Source: a virus
Length of the DNA: 64,000 nt
IMG/VR virus record: IMGVR_UViG_3300042449_000993
Span: 1 to 64,000 of that record
Reading direction: 5' to 3' (one strand)
In this document: positions 33,789-44,610 of the stretch, piece by piece
How positions within the stretch are numbered: position 1 is the first letter of the stretch
How the letters are laid out: every line of letters starts with the position of its first letter
Translations under genes and position numbers: made by a program
Notes under the pieces: model-generated
Databases searched by the model: none
The model's input: the letters and a program-made list of their open reading frames with translations, nothing else
Told to the model about the DNA's origin: nothing

Positions 33789-34811
33789 ATGAGAATCATT
33801 GAAGACGTTAAGTTGGACTATAAAGATGTCCTCATCACTCCGAAACGATCTAGTCTTTCTTCAAGAAGCGAAGTAAATCTAGAAAGAACATTTACTTTCA
33901 GAAGTGGCAATAGTTGGAAAGGTGTTCCAATTATTGCTGCCAACATGGATGGTGTTGGTACTTTCGAAATGGATTTAGAGTTCGCCAAACATAATTGTTT
34001 GGTTGCTTTGACTAAACATTATGGTGCGCCTGAATTAATTAGTCACTTTACGCGAAGATTAGATAGCACCATTTATTCTCTTGGCACTTCCAGTGAAGAT
34101 TTAAAGAAATTCGATGATGTATACAATACCGTTGGAAATCGATACATGAGAGTTTGTATTGATGTTGCGAATGGTTACACACAAGCCTTTGTAAATTTCG
34201 TTCGCCATTTCCGCGACCGTTATCCTTATGTTGTATTGATGGCAGGTAATGTCGTCACACCAGAAATGACAGAAGAACTAATTCTCGCAGGTGTTGACAT
34301 CGTGAAGGTTGGTATTGGTCCTGGTTCTGTTTGCACTACACGCAAAAAGACAGGCGTCGGCTACCCGCAGTTGAGTGCGGTTATCGAGTGTGCTGATGCT
34401 GCTCATGGTCTCAAGGGTCACATCATAGCGGATGGAGGGTGTTCCGTTCCTGGAGACGTAGTGAAAGCATTTGCTGCGGGAGCCGATTTCGTGATGCTTG
34501 GTGGAATGTTGGCAGGTCACAAGGAAGGTGGTGCATCACCACTTGGTGGAAATAAATTCTACGGCATGAGTTCTGATACTGCAATGGATTTACATAATGG
34601 TGGTGTTGCTAATTACAGAGCATCTGAAGGCAAGACCGTAGAGATTCCATATCGTGGCGAGGTGAAACTTACGATGCAAGATATTTTGGGTGGACTTCGT
34701 TCGGCATGTACTTATGTGGGGGCAAGTGAATTGAAAGAACTGAGCAAGCGAACTACTTTTGTTCGTGTGACTCAGCAATTGAACAATTCCTTGAGTGCAT
34801 ATGAGGTCTAA
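33789..34811 (+). CDS. guaC: GMP reductase
   Basis: [42 protein letters not shown]. Confidence 0.95.
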   Translation: MRIIEDVKLDYKDVLITPKRSSLSSRSEVNLERTFTFRSGNSWKGVPIIAANMDGVGTFEMDLEFAKHNCLVALTKHYGAPELISHFTRRLDSTIYSLGTSSEDLKKFDDVYNTVGNRYMRVCIDVANGYTQAFVNFVRHFRDRYPYVVLMAGNVVTPEMTEELILAGVDIVKVGIGPGSVCTTRKKTGVGYPQLSAVIECADAAHGLKGHIIADGGCSVPGDVVKAFAAGADFVMLGGMLAGHKEGGASPLGGNKFYGMSSDTAMDLHNGGVANYRASEGKTVEIPYRGEVKLTMQDILGGLRSACTYVGASELKELSKRTTFVRVTQQLNNSLSAYEV

Positions 34812-34815
34812 TAGA

Positions 34816-35037
34816 ATGGCAAGCCGCGAAGAAAAGAATAACTTCTCTATGATGATTATGAACTTGGCAATTTCAGAAAAGATTGATCATATGGATGCAA
34901 TCACTTCATATTGTGAAAGAAATAATCTAGAAATTGAAGTTGCTGCTACACTAATTAATGATTCTCTTAAAAGCATCATTCAAGGTGAAGCAATGGAGTT
35001 ACGATTCTTACCGAGATCAAGTAAGTTGCCTTTGTGA
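34816..35037 (+). CDS. 33: Late transcription coactivator gp33
   Basis: MDAITSYCERNNLEIE...LKSIIQGEAMELRFLP; synteny with 59 and 32. Confidence 0.8.
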   Translation: MASREEKNNFSMMIMNLAISEKIDHMDAITSYCERNNLEIEVAATLINDSLKSIIQGEAMELRFLPRSSKLPL

Positions 35038-35627
35038 GTAATGTGAAGATAGAAAATTTTTTCCCCACATCAGTGTATGTGGCGGAAGATGTAGAACTGG
35101 CAGATATGATGCTGCCACTTGCGAAAAAATATCTCAGCGACGAAAGGTACGCAGCATCTACTATCTTCAAATACAAAAGCACATTCAACTATGACCCAAG
35201 TAAAAGTATTGGGAATTTAGAAGAATTTGGTTTATATAATTCTTTTATATGCGATCATGTTCAAAACTTTAACAGAATTAAGGGTTATGATCTGATGAAT
35301 ATAAAATCAATCACAACCTTTGCGAGCGAAATGGTAAAAGATGACGAGCATCTGCCTCACTTCCACCCAAACTGTTCATACTCAAGTGTATTTTATTTGC
35401 AAACGCCCGAAGGATCTTCACCAATATGCTTTGATGATTCTAGACCACATCATAGATTTATTAACAAACCAATCATAAGACATACCATGCATAATGCAAA
35501 GATATTCTCGATTCCTCCTAAAAAGGGAATGTTATTAATATTCGATGCATGGATTGAGCACTTTGTGCCGAAGAATAATTGCGCAGAAGGTAGAATTACT
35601 CTAGTCTCAAACATTTCAGATATTTAA
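35034..35627 (+). CDS. Putative 2OG-Fe(II) oxygenase (TIGR02466-like)
   Basis: FFPTSVY, PHFHPN, SSVFYL, IEHFV, RITLVSN. Confidence 0.8.
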   Translation: MSNVKIENFFPTSVYVAEDVELADMMLPLAKKYLSDERYAASTIFKYKSTFNYDPSKSIGNLEEFGLYNSFICDHVQNFNRIKGYDLMNIKSITTFASEMVKDDEHLPHFHPNCSYSSVFYLQTPEGSSPICFDDSRPHHRFINKPIIRHTMHNAKIFSIPPKKGMLLIFDAWIEHFVPKNNCAEGRITLVSNISDI

Positions 35628-35630
35628 ATC

Positions 35631-36233
35631 ATGAACGGTTACGATTTGTATTGCATCTATCAAGCCATCAAGCTGCACTTCACGTCAGAGAGTTATAACT
35701 TCTTTCAATATGATGGCAAAACTCGAGTATCAGTAGATGCATTTCAAAAACGTCGTGACAAGTTTCTATTCCACCGCCTTGCGCGGAAGTATCGCGACGA
35801 TGAAATGGTTCCATTTCTGGTTGCTAATTTTGTACACAGTGATGATAATTGGACCAAGTCATTGCTTGAAGACCAGGCTGAAGAAACTTATAGGGATTGG
35901 AAACGAACCACCGATTCCATGAGCAAAATCTATATTGAAGATTTACAAAAGATTTGCCCTGATCCGAAAGAGTTTAACAATCTATTTAAAGTTGAAGATG
36001 GACAATTTCCAAAATTGTTAGTGGCATTTCTCCAAAAAGATGTAACGATTGAGACTCTTGTGATTCTGAATAACATCTTCAACTTTATCCAAATTTGGGA
36101 CAAGAAGATTTCAGATGATATCATCTATCCCAAAGTGTCAAGAAAGGTGCGCAAGTATGGTGCCTTCTTGAATGTGAACGTTGATAAGTATAAAACACTA
36201 ACTAAAGATTATTTGGTGAATCATGCGCCTTAA
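35631..36233 (+). CDS. 59: Helicase loader gp59
   Basis: YQAIKLHFT, YNFFQYDGK, KRRDKFLF; upstream of gene 32. Confidence 0.85.
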   Translation: MNGYDLYCIYQAIKLHFTSESYNFFQYDGKTRVSVDAFQKRRDKFLFHRLARKYRDDEMVPFLVANFVHSDDNWTKSLLEDQAEETYRDWKRTTDSMSKIYIEDLQKICPDPKEFNNLFKVEDGQFPKLLVAFLQKDVTIETLVILNNIFNFIQIWDKKISDDIIYPKVSRKVRKYGAFLNVNVDKYKTLTKDYLVNHAP

Positions 36234-36870
36234 GATCTATCAATCTTTCTTCATGGGACAGCAGTTCGCTTCTCTAGATAAAATGTTCATTCCATATAAC
36301 AATATGGCTAATGATAAACCAGAACTTCGAGAATATCCAATCATACTTGATCTTTATTCTAAGAATAGACATTTTGATGGATATTGGGGGATGCTGAGTT
36401 GGAGATTTGCAGAAAAAACAAAAATTTCTGGCAAGCAACTCTATGATTCAATTTTAAATAATCCAGATTATGACGTTTATCATGTTAATCCATTTTTTGA
36501 TGAGGTGACTAAATTTTCTAATCCCTTTACTCAAGGCGACTGTCATCATCCTGGAATGATTGATTTCACAAACCGTCTTTTAAACAAAATGGGATATGAT
36601 ATTGATATAAACAAAGAACATTTTGAAAAAGATAATTTCATATATTGTTCTTACTACATTGGTAACAACAAATTTTGGGATCAATGGATTGTATTCTTAG
36701 AAACAGCAATCACAATAGCAAATAATGATCTTGAGTTAAATGCTTATTTGTATAATACAGGCACTAACTATAGAGAACGAATAACAATAAATTTTCCATT
36801 TGTTATCGAAAGATTGGTAAATTTATTTTTGTTCATATATAAAAGTGAATACAAAATTAAAAGATTGTGA
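36223..36870 (+). CDS. Hypothetical protein, possibly glycan-related
   Basis: AT-rich ORF inserted between 59 and 32; GMLSWRF, FVIERL. Confidence 0.5.
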   Translation: MRLKIYQSFFMGQQFASLDKMFIPYNNMANDKPELREYPIILDLYSKNRHFDGYWGMLSWRFAEKTKISGKQLYDSILNNPDYDVYHVNPFFDEVTKFSNPFTQGDCHHPGMIDFTNRLLNKMGYDIDINKEHFEKDNFIYCSYYIGNNKFWDQWIVFLETAITIANNDLELNAYLYNTGTNYRERITINFPFVIERLVNLFLFIYKSEYKIKRL

Positions 36871-36871
36871 T

Positions 36872-36900
36872 TTTACTTTTGAGAAAAAATGATATATAAT
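36872..36900 (+). promoter_or_regulatory. sigma70-type promoter of gene 32
   Basis: TTTACT-17nt-TATAAT. Confidence 0.7.
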
Positions 36901-36968
36901 AGTATGGTAATGATGAAAAAGTGGACAAGTCGATATACATTTAATACAACGCTATACGGAGAATACAT

Positions 36969-37868
36969 ATGAGTCTATCAAGTCTAAAGAACAAGAGTTC
37001 ATCTCTTGACAAGTTGAAGAAAGCAGTTGAGCAATCTTCAGCAGGTAATGGTGGTGGCAAGAACGTCGATGAACGTTTCTGGCAACCTGAAGTTGATGCT
37101 GCTGGCAACGGATACGCAGTTGTCCGTTTTCTCGATACGCCAGCCGTCGACGGTGAGGATGGTCTTCCGTGGGTCCAGATCTGGTCACATGGTTTCCAAG
37201 GTCCAGGTGGTTGGTATATTGAGAATTCTCTCACAACTCTTGGCAAGACCGATCCTGTTTCTGAGTACAACACTGTTCTGTGGAACTCAGGTATTGAAGC
37301 AAACAAAGAAATTGCTCGCAAGCAAAAGCGCAAGTTGACGTACATTGCAAACGTTCTTGTGATCTCTGACGCCAAGCGTCCGCAAAATGAAGGCAAGGTT
37401 TTCTTGTTCAAGTTCGGAAAGAAGATTTTCGACAAGATCAAGGAGCAACTCGAGCCACAGTTTGCTGATGAGACTCCAATGAATCCGTTTGACTTCTGGA
37501 AGGGTGCAGACTTCAAGATCAAGATTCGCAACGTTGAAGGCTATCGTAACTATGACAAGTCGGAGTTTGCTGCTCCTGCTGCATTGTACAATGGTGAAGA
37601 TGCGAAGATTGAGCAGGTTTGGAAGTCGGCTCATTCACTCAAGGATTTCTTGAAGCCTGAAAACTTCAAGTCCTATGATGAACTCAAGGCGAAGTTGGAT
37701 AAGGTTCTTGGTGCTGGTGGTGTTGCTGGTGCAACTGCCAAGCGAGTTGATGATGAGGAAGCAGCCGCTCCTGTCATTCGCTCTGCTCCAGCCAAGAAAG
37801 TAACTGCTGAAAATGTCAGCGTCGATGACGACGATATGGCGTTTTTCGAGAAGTTAGCAGCAGAGTAA
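36969..37868 (+). CDS. 32: Single-stranded DNA binding protein gp32
   Basis: DERFW, GNGYAVVRFL, WYIENS, FGKKIFDKI, NYDKSEF, acidic tail. Confidence 0.97.
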   Translation: MSLSSLKNKSSSLDKLKKAVEQSSAGNGGGKNVDERFWQPEVDAAGNGYAVVRFLDTPAVDGEDGLPWVQIWSHGFQGPGGWYIENSLTTLGKTDPVSEYNTVLWNSGIEANKEIARKQKRKLTYIANVLVISDAKRPQNEGKVFLFKFGKKIFDKIKEQLEPQFADETPMNPFDFWKGADFKIKIRNVEGYRNYDKSEFAAPAALYNGEDAKIEQVWKSAHSLKDFLKPENFKSYDELKAKLDKVLGAGGVAGATAKRVDDEEAAAPVIRSAPAKKVTAENVSVDDDDMAFFEKLAAE

Positions 37869-37896
37869 TTTCAATTAGAAAACCGTAGATGTTTTC

Positions 37897-37922
37897 AGGG
37901 GGACTTCGGTCCCCCTTTTTTT
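37897..37922 (+). terminator. Rho-independent terminator
   Basis: GGGGGAC-TTCG-GTCCCCC followed by T-tract. Confidence 0.85.
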
Positions 37923-39660
37923 ATCCCATATTCATATTAGCATATGTTGCTGGATGATCGAACTCTTGAGCCAATAAACGATTGAATGTGTTCTCTTGAT
38001 TATGCACTTCAATATTCTTTTTAGTAGAAGGCACAGGAATGACTTGCGTATTGTTGATTTGATTTACTGTCTGAGAAGGAATCTCAACTCTATCAGCCGA
38101 TTGAATTTCAATTCTCTTTTGATTCATGTCAACAATTTGCTGACCTTCTGCTGGCTTTGGTGGAGAAAGATTTAAATCCGTTTTTGAGATTGGTTTCAGT
38201 CCAGCAATCTCTTTTGCTTTATCAAGTTTTATCTTAAGAGAAGGATCATCAACAGCCATTCTCTCTAATTCTTGAAGAGTATATGCACCATACTTTGGAA
38301 CTTGAATTGCTGTTGCGATGTCTTGAACAGACCCCTTTGATATATTCTGAATGGCTTTATTTCCAGATTCTTTTAAACTAAAATCAAGAGAGTCAAATAT
38401 ACCCATAGTTGGAATTGTTGCTAATCCTAATAAACCTGCAGCACCCAATAATCTTCCACGAAGCGGTAAAGGAATTTTTTGAAAAACATCTTTTATCTTT
38501 TCTGGGATTTTCTTTTTTCCACCATCTGGTGTAGGTGGTGTTGGTACTGGAGGAGTTGGAGTTGGGACTCTGTTGTTTCTTCCTGGAAGAAAAGTTGGGA
38601 AATCAAATCCATTATTTGACAATAAATCAGGATTATCTCTAAACACTCTCTTCAAAGCATCATATAAAGTTGCATCAAGTGCTTTTTCCATGGCTCTTTG
38701 GAGAATGGCTTGCTGCTCATCAGCCTCTAAATCGAAGACGCTGTTTGGTTGTTTTTTAATGAGCGATTCTTTTAAATCCTTGACGAGCAATTCCATATCT
38801 TTTTTACGAAACATACTTTCTTCTTCAAGTAAAACTTTAATTTGTTCTACAATTGAATCAACTTCTGGATCTCCTCCAGTGAAGCGAACTGGCTTTAAGT
38901 TAGTCTCGCGAGATAGACGTTTGATTTCTGCGTCTAATTTTCTTTGAATCTTTTTACTTGCAATTTTACCAGCAGTGCCTGTCTTACTTTTCTCATATAA
39001 TTGTCTGCCTGTAGGAGCATCTGGATAATAGAGATATTCCTTCCCTTCTTCATCAGCAACAGACAAAGGCTTCATTTGTTCTGGAATCTTTTCAAGGGAT
39101 CCTCTACCTTTTGCTAGTGCTGTCAATGCATCATTTATTGTTCCGACTAAATTATCAGCAATAGATTTAACACGACGATTTGTTGATGAGACTTCTTGAC
39201 TTACCTTATCAACAGCAACTGATAAACCCATGATTGAGGATTTAATTGGCTCAAGTGCATCATTAAGTTCTTTCTTTAATCTTTGCGGTGAGAGAGTCTT
39301 TTTCTCTTTTTGTTTCTTTACACCAAACTCCTCTTCAAGAGTTTTCTTTGCTTGTTCGATTTCTTCTTTTGTATATCTTGTTTGAAATCTTTCTCTAACA
39401 ATTGCAGTTAGATCTTTATTCCCAAAAACTGCTGCGGCAACAAAACGTAGAGTTTGAGATGTTGCAGTATCTTTTTTACCTGAAGCAATTTCACGGAGTT
39501 TCTTTTCTCTGCGAAATTCTTCTCGAGATCCAGTGTATTCACTAAATGACTTCTGTGCCTCTGGACTGTAGATGTCTGATTCTACAGTCTTGACCTTCTT
39601 TTTAAGTTGATCAACTGTTTCTTTTAGTTCTTCAATTTCTGGATCTGTTTTCTTTGCCAT
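37921..39660 (-). CDS. Putative baseplate hub / tail-length protein (gp29-like position)
   Basis: Helical 579 aa protein downstream of 26 and 51; synteny only. Confidence 0.45.
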   Translation of the reverse strand: MAKKTDPEIEELKETVDQLKKKVKTVESDIYSPEAQKSFSEYTGSREEFRREKKLREIASGKKDTATSQTLRFVAAAVFGNKDLTAIVRERFQTRYTKEEIEQAKKTLEEEFGVKKQKEKKTLSPQRLKKELNDALEPIKSSIMGLSVAVDKVSQEVSSTNRRVKSIADNLVGTINDALTALAKGRGSLEKIPEQMKPLSVADEEGKEYLYYPDAPTGRQLYEKSKTGTAGKIASKKIQRKLDAEIKRLSRETNLKPVRFTGGDPEVDSIVEQIKVLLEEESMFRKKDMELLVKDLKESLIKKQPNSVFDLEADEQQAILQRAMEKALDATLYDALKRVFRDNPDLLSNNGFDFPTFLPGRNNRVPTPTPPVPTPPTPDGGKKKIPEKIKDVFQKIPLPLRGRLLGAAGLLGLATIPTMGIFDSLDFSLKESGNKAIQNISKGSVQDIATAIQVPKYGAYTLQELERMAVDDPSLKIKLDKAKEIAGLKPISKTDLNLSPPKPAEGQQIVDMNQKRIEIQSADRVEIPSQTVNQINNTQVIPVPSTKKNIEVHNQENTFNRLLAQEFDHPATYANMNMG

Positions 39661-39661
39661 T

Positions 39662-39880
39662 TTATCTCATACGTTTCTTTATTGCTCTATCAGAGGAAGA
39701 TTTTTCTTTTTGCTGTCGTATTCTTTCGTTTTCTTCTTCAACGTGCTTCGCGACTAGAGAAATATAAGTCTTTCTTTCCCATGGCAGCATCGATTCTAAT
39801 TCATGTAAAGAATAATTATGATACTGCATCAACGAGAAGTTGTTGAGGAAGTAACTCCTCAAACTCTCTTCACGAAGCAT
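39662..39880 (-). CDS. 51: Baseplate hub assembly catalyst gp51
   Basis: NFSLMQYHNYSLHELESMLPWER. Confidence 0.85.
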   Translation of the reverse strand: MLREESLRSYFLNNFSLMQYHNYSLHELESMLPWERKTYISLVAKHVEEENERIRQQKEKSSSDRAIKKRMR

Positions 39881-40596
39881 TATTCGAAAAAATCTAGAAT
39901 ACCCTCCAGAACAACATCATGTTCTTTCTTACATCTTGGACATTCAACCTTTCCTGTATAACTCAATTTTGGAATGTTATCAAAAAAGTTCTTAATTCTT
40001 CCAAATTGTTCTTGACTCAAACTGTTAATGAAATCGTCAAATTCTTTTTCATCAACATCACTCACAGGATAAGTTTGCTCTTTATCAAAAATAAATTCCG
40101 TGCACTCACGAATGATCTTAATTACCAAATCTAAATCTCTTTCTAACTGAATCTTCTTAGCAGTTTCGAAAGTAGGATATTTCATCTTAATGCCAATATT
40201 GTCAGTCAACTGCACTACTGGATTCACATTTCCCATCTTCGTTGTAACTTGAAGAAGGTCCACCTCCAAATCCATTTCAGCACCACACTTTCTTTCATCA
40301 ACAACGTTTTGACAGACATAGGTGATTTCTACCTTTTCACCCATTGATCTTGCTCGAAGATTTAAAAAAATATTCTCAACTTCGAACATTGGCAATCTAT
40401 CAAGATCAATTTCTTCCACTAAACAATTATTGATGACTTGTTTAATCGTATCAATAATCATCTTATGTTCGTTAGATTCTAATGCCATAATAAGAAGTTT
40501 TTCTTCTTTTACAACAAAAGGTCTGAAGCGTACATCTTTGTTTTCTGATTTAAGGTGCACACTATAAATTGGCAAATCAATTTTTGGTAAAGCCAT
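39880..40596 (-). CDS. 26: Baseplate hub subunit gp26
   Basis: MALPKI, FRPFVVKEEK, LRARSMGE, LEGILDFF. Confidence 0.9.
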   Translation of the reverse strand: MALPKIDLPIYSVHLKSENKDVRFRPFVVKEEKLLIMALESNEHKMIIDTIKQVINNCLVEEIDLDRLPMFEVENIFLNLRARSMGEKVEITYVCQNVVDERKCGAEMDLEVDLLQVTTKMGNVNPVVQLTDNIGIKMKYPTFETAKKIQLERDLDLVIKIIRECTEFIFDKEQTYPVSDVDEKEFDDFINSLSQEQFGRIKNFFDNIPKLSYTGKVECPRCKKEHDVVLEGILDFFE

Positions 40597-40609
40597 AACT
40601 ATTCCTCAA

Positions 40610-41524
40610 TTATATACCTTCATTTGCAATCATTATTTCGTCTACAATCGCTCTAAAATTATTTCTACTTTCTTCGTTTGCTCTAGTGATCTTTCTTTGA
40701 TGTTCTCTATTTTCTACAGAAAAGAGATCGCCAGTGCTAATCAAATTAAATCTTGGCTGCTGAAGATTGATCGTATGCTGTTGCTGCAGATCTAGATATT
40801 CAGCCTCATCATTTGTTTTAAGAATTTCAGATTTCCAATAACGATAGGTTAATGTCACCTGCAATCTGTTTACTGCATCATCACCCCAGTTAGTTTGAAG
40901 CGGAGCAACTGAAACAGGATATGCTTCTAAGAGATGGCACATGAACATTGCTTGATTCAATTCGTTATACTGAGTAATCTGAACTGTACAAACATAATCT
41001 TCTCTATACTTAAAGTCAAAAGAGTATGGAGTATTGATAATACTCATCCAAGTTTCAAAGATTTGTTTTTGAATTAGATTGTTATCGCACAATAATGTTA
41101 ACGTCACATCTCCATAAGCACTCATATATGGACTTTTATAACTTGGTCCGTAAATTCTGGCGTCTGAAGTGATCAACTCTCTTCCTGGAAACTCTGCCTG
41201 CTCGCATTTAAAACTGAGAAGATTTGAGAAATCTTGTTGATTTAATTCTGAGAATAGTTTTTGTAGTTGAAAGTCAACGATAAATCTATTGCTTCGAGAA
41301 AATCCAGTAACACGATTTCTAGCCAGAAAACCTGAGATACTAGAGAAATTTTCGTTTCTGCCTTGAGTAGTAAATTCTTCTAATCCATCAGATGTTACTG
41401 GAACATCTTGAACAACATCAGCGGCTAATGCAGCAGAATCGCTTTGTTGTTCTACGCTACCAACCGTTGTGCCATTTGTTGAATTGATGGCTGATTGAGA
41501 AATTGGTCTTACTGGATCTTCCAT
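40610..41524 (-). CDS. Baseplate tail-tube initiator gp54-like
   Basis: SRSNRF, CEQAEFPG, LEAYPVSV, VTLTYRYW (tube fold). Confidence 0.75.
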   Translation of the reverse strand: MEDPVRPISQSAINSTNGTTVGSVEQQSDSAALAADVVQDVPVTSDGLEEFTTQGRNENFSSISGFLARNRVTGFSRSNRFIVDFQLQKLFSELNQQDFSNLLSFKCEQAEFPGRELITSDARIYGPSYKSPYMSAYGDVTLTLLCDNNLIQKQIFETWMSIINTPYSFDFKYREDYVCTVQITQYNELNQAMFMCHLLEAYPVSVAPLQTNWGDDAVNRLQVTLTYRYWKSEILKTNDEAEYLDLQQQHTINLQQPRFNLISTGDLFSVENREHQRKITRANEESRNNFRAIVDEIMIANEGI

Positions 41525-42072
41525 TACGTTTTATACACCATCTTTTCGGTTGGCAAAAATATTGCAGTTTCCCACTGACTAGGCTCAATATAAATTAATG
41601 ACGAACGAATATGAGAATAAAGATATCGCTTCACGCATGGCTCAATCATATTAAATCTTCTTGATTTAGACAATAAATCATAAGATAATCTAAATCTTGT
41701 AGTATCGTCGTATTTATCGTTGTTTATAAAATCCTGCAGACGATCTAATAATAGCAGACGAGTGTATGGATCAATAAAGTGTAGATTCAATCCGAGGAAT
41801 CCATCTGAATACATTTCCATCGGAAGAACGAGTGGGAATTTATCCCAAACTGGAAGTTTATCTTTATATTTCGGATCGTAATGGAAGAAATACATTCTTC
41901 CCACGAATGCACGAGGGGAAATTCTGTTTGCATCGTTTAGAATGTTCGAACGATTTGATGGAATTTTAAGTTGAGATATCTTACCGAACAACCATGCTCG
42001 AGCATTTTGAGATCGAGGCGGGAATCCCGCTGCGGTCATTTCAGATTTTAATTTATCAAGTAGTGATGGCAT
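41524..42072 (-). CDS. 2: DNA end protector gp2
   Basis: YDPKYKDKLPVWDKFPL, GFLGLNLH, CVKRYL. Confidence 0.9.
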   Translation of the reverse strand: MPSLLDKLKSEMTAAGFPPRSQNARAWLFGKISQLKIPSNRSNILNDANRISPRAFVGRMYFFHYDPKYKDKLPVWDKFPLVLPMEMYSDGFLGLNLHFIDPYTRLLLLDRLQDFINNDKYDDTTRFRLSYDLLSKSRRFNMIEPCVKRYLYSHIRSSLIYIEPSQWETAIFLPTEKMVYKT

Positions 42073-42506
42073 CAGATACCTATTTCTTGTTCCGTGATTA
42101 ATTTAAAGGTCCAGTTACGATCTTTACAATACTCTGATGCAGCCTTCCATTTTGCTTCGTTTACACCCCAAGTCATAACTTCGGTGATATATCTTCGTGT
42201 GATCTTAGATTTCTTTACTGGTGGTTTAGTCTGACTTTTAGGTTTTACTTCTAAAATCATTGACTCCACAACTCCAGTTCGATTTTTTATCTTAACAAAG
42301 AAGTCTGGAAAGTATCTATGCCAGCGATTATCAACAGGCGATAAATACGGAATAACGATTTCTTCATTTGACCATTCGATCACACTTGGATTTGTGTCCA
42401 AATGCACCATGACTCGGCGTTCCCAGAGACTTCTGTACCAGATGTTCGTAGGATCACCTAAATATTTATTGGTATTTTTCGGACTAAATTTTCCACTGTA
42501 AGCCAT
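42072..42506 (-). CDS. 4: Head completion nuclease gp4
   Basis: MAYSGKF.P.N..KY.GD, YRSLWE, HRYFPDF, EVKP, NEAKWKAA. Confidence 0.92.
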   Translation of the reverse strand: MAYSGKFSPKNTNKYLGDPTNIWYRSLWERRVMVHLDTNPSVIEWSNEEIVIPYLSPVDNRWHRYFPDFFVKIKNRTGVVESMILEVKPKSQTKPPVKKSKITRRYITEVMTWGVNEAKWKAASEYCKDRNWTFKLITEQEIGI

Positions 42507-42510
42507 CAAC

Positions 42511-42518
42511 TATTTATA
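42511..42518 (-). promoter_or_regulatory. T4-type late promoter
   Basis: TATAAATA on minus strand just before gene 4. Confidence 0.75.
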
Positions 42519-42528
42519 GGACATTTTA

Positions 42529-43725
42529 ATGGCAGGACCACTCACTCGAAGCAGTACAGGACCAGCAAAAAAAGAACGAGAGTTAGTTTTAGCTGAGCGA
42601 CCAAAACAATTCGATGGTCCATTAAAGGCATTGGAAACGTTTGAAGAAGGCGCAGAAGTTCTGACATATCCTCAAGATTTAGGTAACAACAATCAATTTA
42701 AGTATGTGATGAGATTGTTGATTTTTCGTCAAATACGAGATGTGAATGCTGTACCAATTATAACTCCGAATACACTAGATTTTTCTAGAAAAGCATCCCA
42801 AGAAGGGAGGCTTAGAACAGATATTGTAAATCCTACAACAGTCACTGCAGTACTTGCAGGAGCTGCAGGTGCAGTAGTTGGAAGAGTTGTTGAAGAATTT
42901 GCCTCAAAAGGTTCTCGAGCTTCTGGTGCTTTAAACGCTGTGGGGGATGCTGCTGTCTCTGCAGCGCAACTTACAGGTGCATTTGCGGTCGCAAATGCAT
43001 TTGATTCTGGATTTTCTGGAAGTCAAAACGTAGTTACTGATCCACTCTCATATATTAATCTTTATATGCCAGATGGTCTCAATTTCGTTGATCGTCATGA
43101 TTACGATGCTGTTTCTGTCACAGATGCTCTTGGTAATTTGGGAGTTTTAGGGACAGGTTCTGTTACAGAAATTGGAGCTCGTTTGGGTGAGAATGCTCGA
43201 ATTGCTGGTGTGCAATTGTTGGGGCAAAACATTACTGACTTGGCTCTTTATAACTCTGGATATGCATTAAATCCTCAACTTCAAGTATTGTTTAAGGGAA
43301 GTAAGAATAGAGAGTTTGTCTTTACCTTCAAATTTGTTCCAAGAAATGCGAATGAAGCGGAAACAATTGAAGGCATAATTCGCACGCTTCGCTATCATGC
43401 CGCTCCAAATTATCAAAGATCAGGTGAAGATGGATTGGCAGGAACTTTTTTTGGTGTTGGCGTAGGTGCAACAGACAATTCAAGATACTTTATTCCACCA
43501 TCTCAATTTGAGATTGAATTTTTAGTAATGACGAATGGCGCAGCGATACCGAATACAAAAATGCCAAGAATCGCTCAGTGCGTGCTTACAAATATTGACG
43601 TCAATTATGCTCCAAGCGGTCAATTTTCTGCGTATGAAGATTTTCAGCCAGTTGAAACCCAAGTCCAATTGACGTTTACTGAAACAATCATCCTCACCAA
43701 AGAAGATATTCAGGCTGGATACTAA
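42529..43725 (+). CDS. 48: Baseplate tail-tube cap gp48
   Basis: LYMP, NPQLQVLFKG, REFVFTFKFVPRN, CVLTNIDVNY, LTFTET. Confidence 0.85.
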   Translation: MAGPLTRSSTGPAKKERELVLAERPKQFDGPLKALETFEEGAEVLTYPQDLGNNNQFKYVMRLLIFRQIRDVNAVPIITPNTLDFSRKASQEGRLRTDIVNPTTVTAVLAGAAGAVVGRVVEEFASKGSRASGALNAVGDAAVSAAQLTGAFAVANAFDSGFSGSQNVVTDPLSYINLYMPDGLNFVDRHDYDAVSVTDALGNLGVLGTGSVTEIGARLGENARIAGVQLLGQNITDLALYNSGYALNPQLQVLFKGSKNREFVFTFKFVPRNANEAETIEGIIRTLRYHAAPNYQRSGEDGLAGTFFGVGVGATDNSRYFIPPSQFEIEFLVMTNGAAIPNTKMPRIAQCVLTNIDVNYAPSGQFSAYEDFQPVETQVQLTFTETIILTKEDIQAGY

Positions 43726-44609
43726 TGTCATATTTTTCCAATTTTCCCAAAATGTTATATTCAACATCTTTGGGTGTTGCAAATCCGAAAGCAGTCACAA
43801 ATATAATTGCAAAGGTTAATTTTCTTTCTGAGAGTATTAACAATACGAGCATCTTTTACAATTATTCTGTAAAAGACGGAGAGCGACCAGAAGATATTGC
43901 ATATAAAATGTATAAAGATCCAAAAAAGCATTGGATCATTTTACTGTCGAATAATATTTTAGATCCTCAATATGATTGGGTCTTAAGCACAAATCAATTA
44001 GAAGATTATATTAATAAAAAATATAGTTCAATAACATTTAATCTGGATCCATCTGAATCATATACCTCAAGTTACACGGTCGGCGAAACAGTATATCAGG
44101 GAAGTTCTTTAGATAAGGCAGATTGCGTTGGAACAGTTGTTGCTTATAGCAGCGGAAATAAAACACTACAAATTAAATTTGCAGACCAAGTTTTCGCAAA
44201 TAACGCAAATGTAACTGGCGCAACTTCAAATGTGACTCATAAAGTTGTAGGAATGACTTATAATAATGATGGATATAATTGGGCTTCAAATACAACTTAT
44301 TATTCTTTATTGACAGAAGTTGCATCAAATAATTACGATGGTAAAAAGACAACAACCAAATATCAAGTAACTGCAAAAGATTATAATTGGGAAACTGATT
44401 CTGTAATTGATAAAAATGTGAACATATCGTATTCAAATACCTATAATCTAGTTGATGGATCAACTTTAACAGTCGACACTACTATTGCTCCTGTAACTTA
44501 TTATGATTATGAATTAAATCTAAATGAAGAAAAACGAAGCATCATTATTATTAAACCAACATTTGTTCCATCAATAGAGAACGAGTTGCGCAGATTGATG
44601 AGATCATAA
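43725..44609 (+). CDS. 53: Baseplate wedge gp53
   Basis: YFSNFP, DGERPEDIAYKMY, HWIILLSN, NEEKRSI. Confidence 0.88.
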   Translation: MSYFSNFPKMLYSTSLGVANPKAVTNIIAKVNFLSESINNTSIFYNYSVKDGERPEDIAYKMYKDPKKHWIILLSNNILDPQYDWVLSTNQLEDYINKKYSSITFNLDPSESYTSSYTVGETVYQGSSLDKADCVGTVVAYSSGNKTLQIKFADQVFANNANVTGATSNVTHKVVGMTYNNDGYNWASNTTYYSLLTEVASNNYDGKKTTTKYQVTAKDYNWETDSVIDKNVNISYSNTYNLVDGSTLTVDTTIAPVTYYDYELNLNEEKRSIIIIKPTFVPSIENELRRLMRS

Positions 44610-44610
44610 T

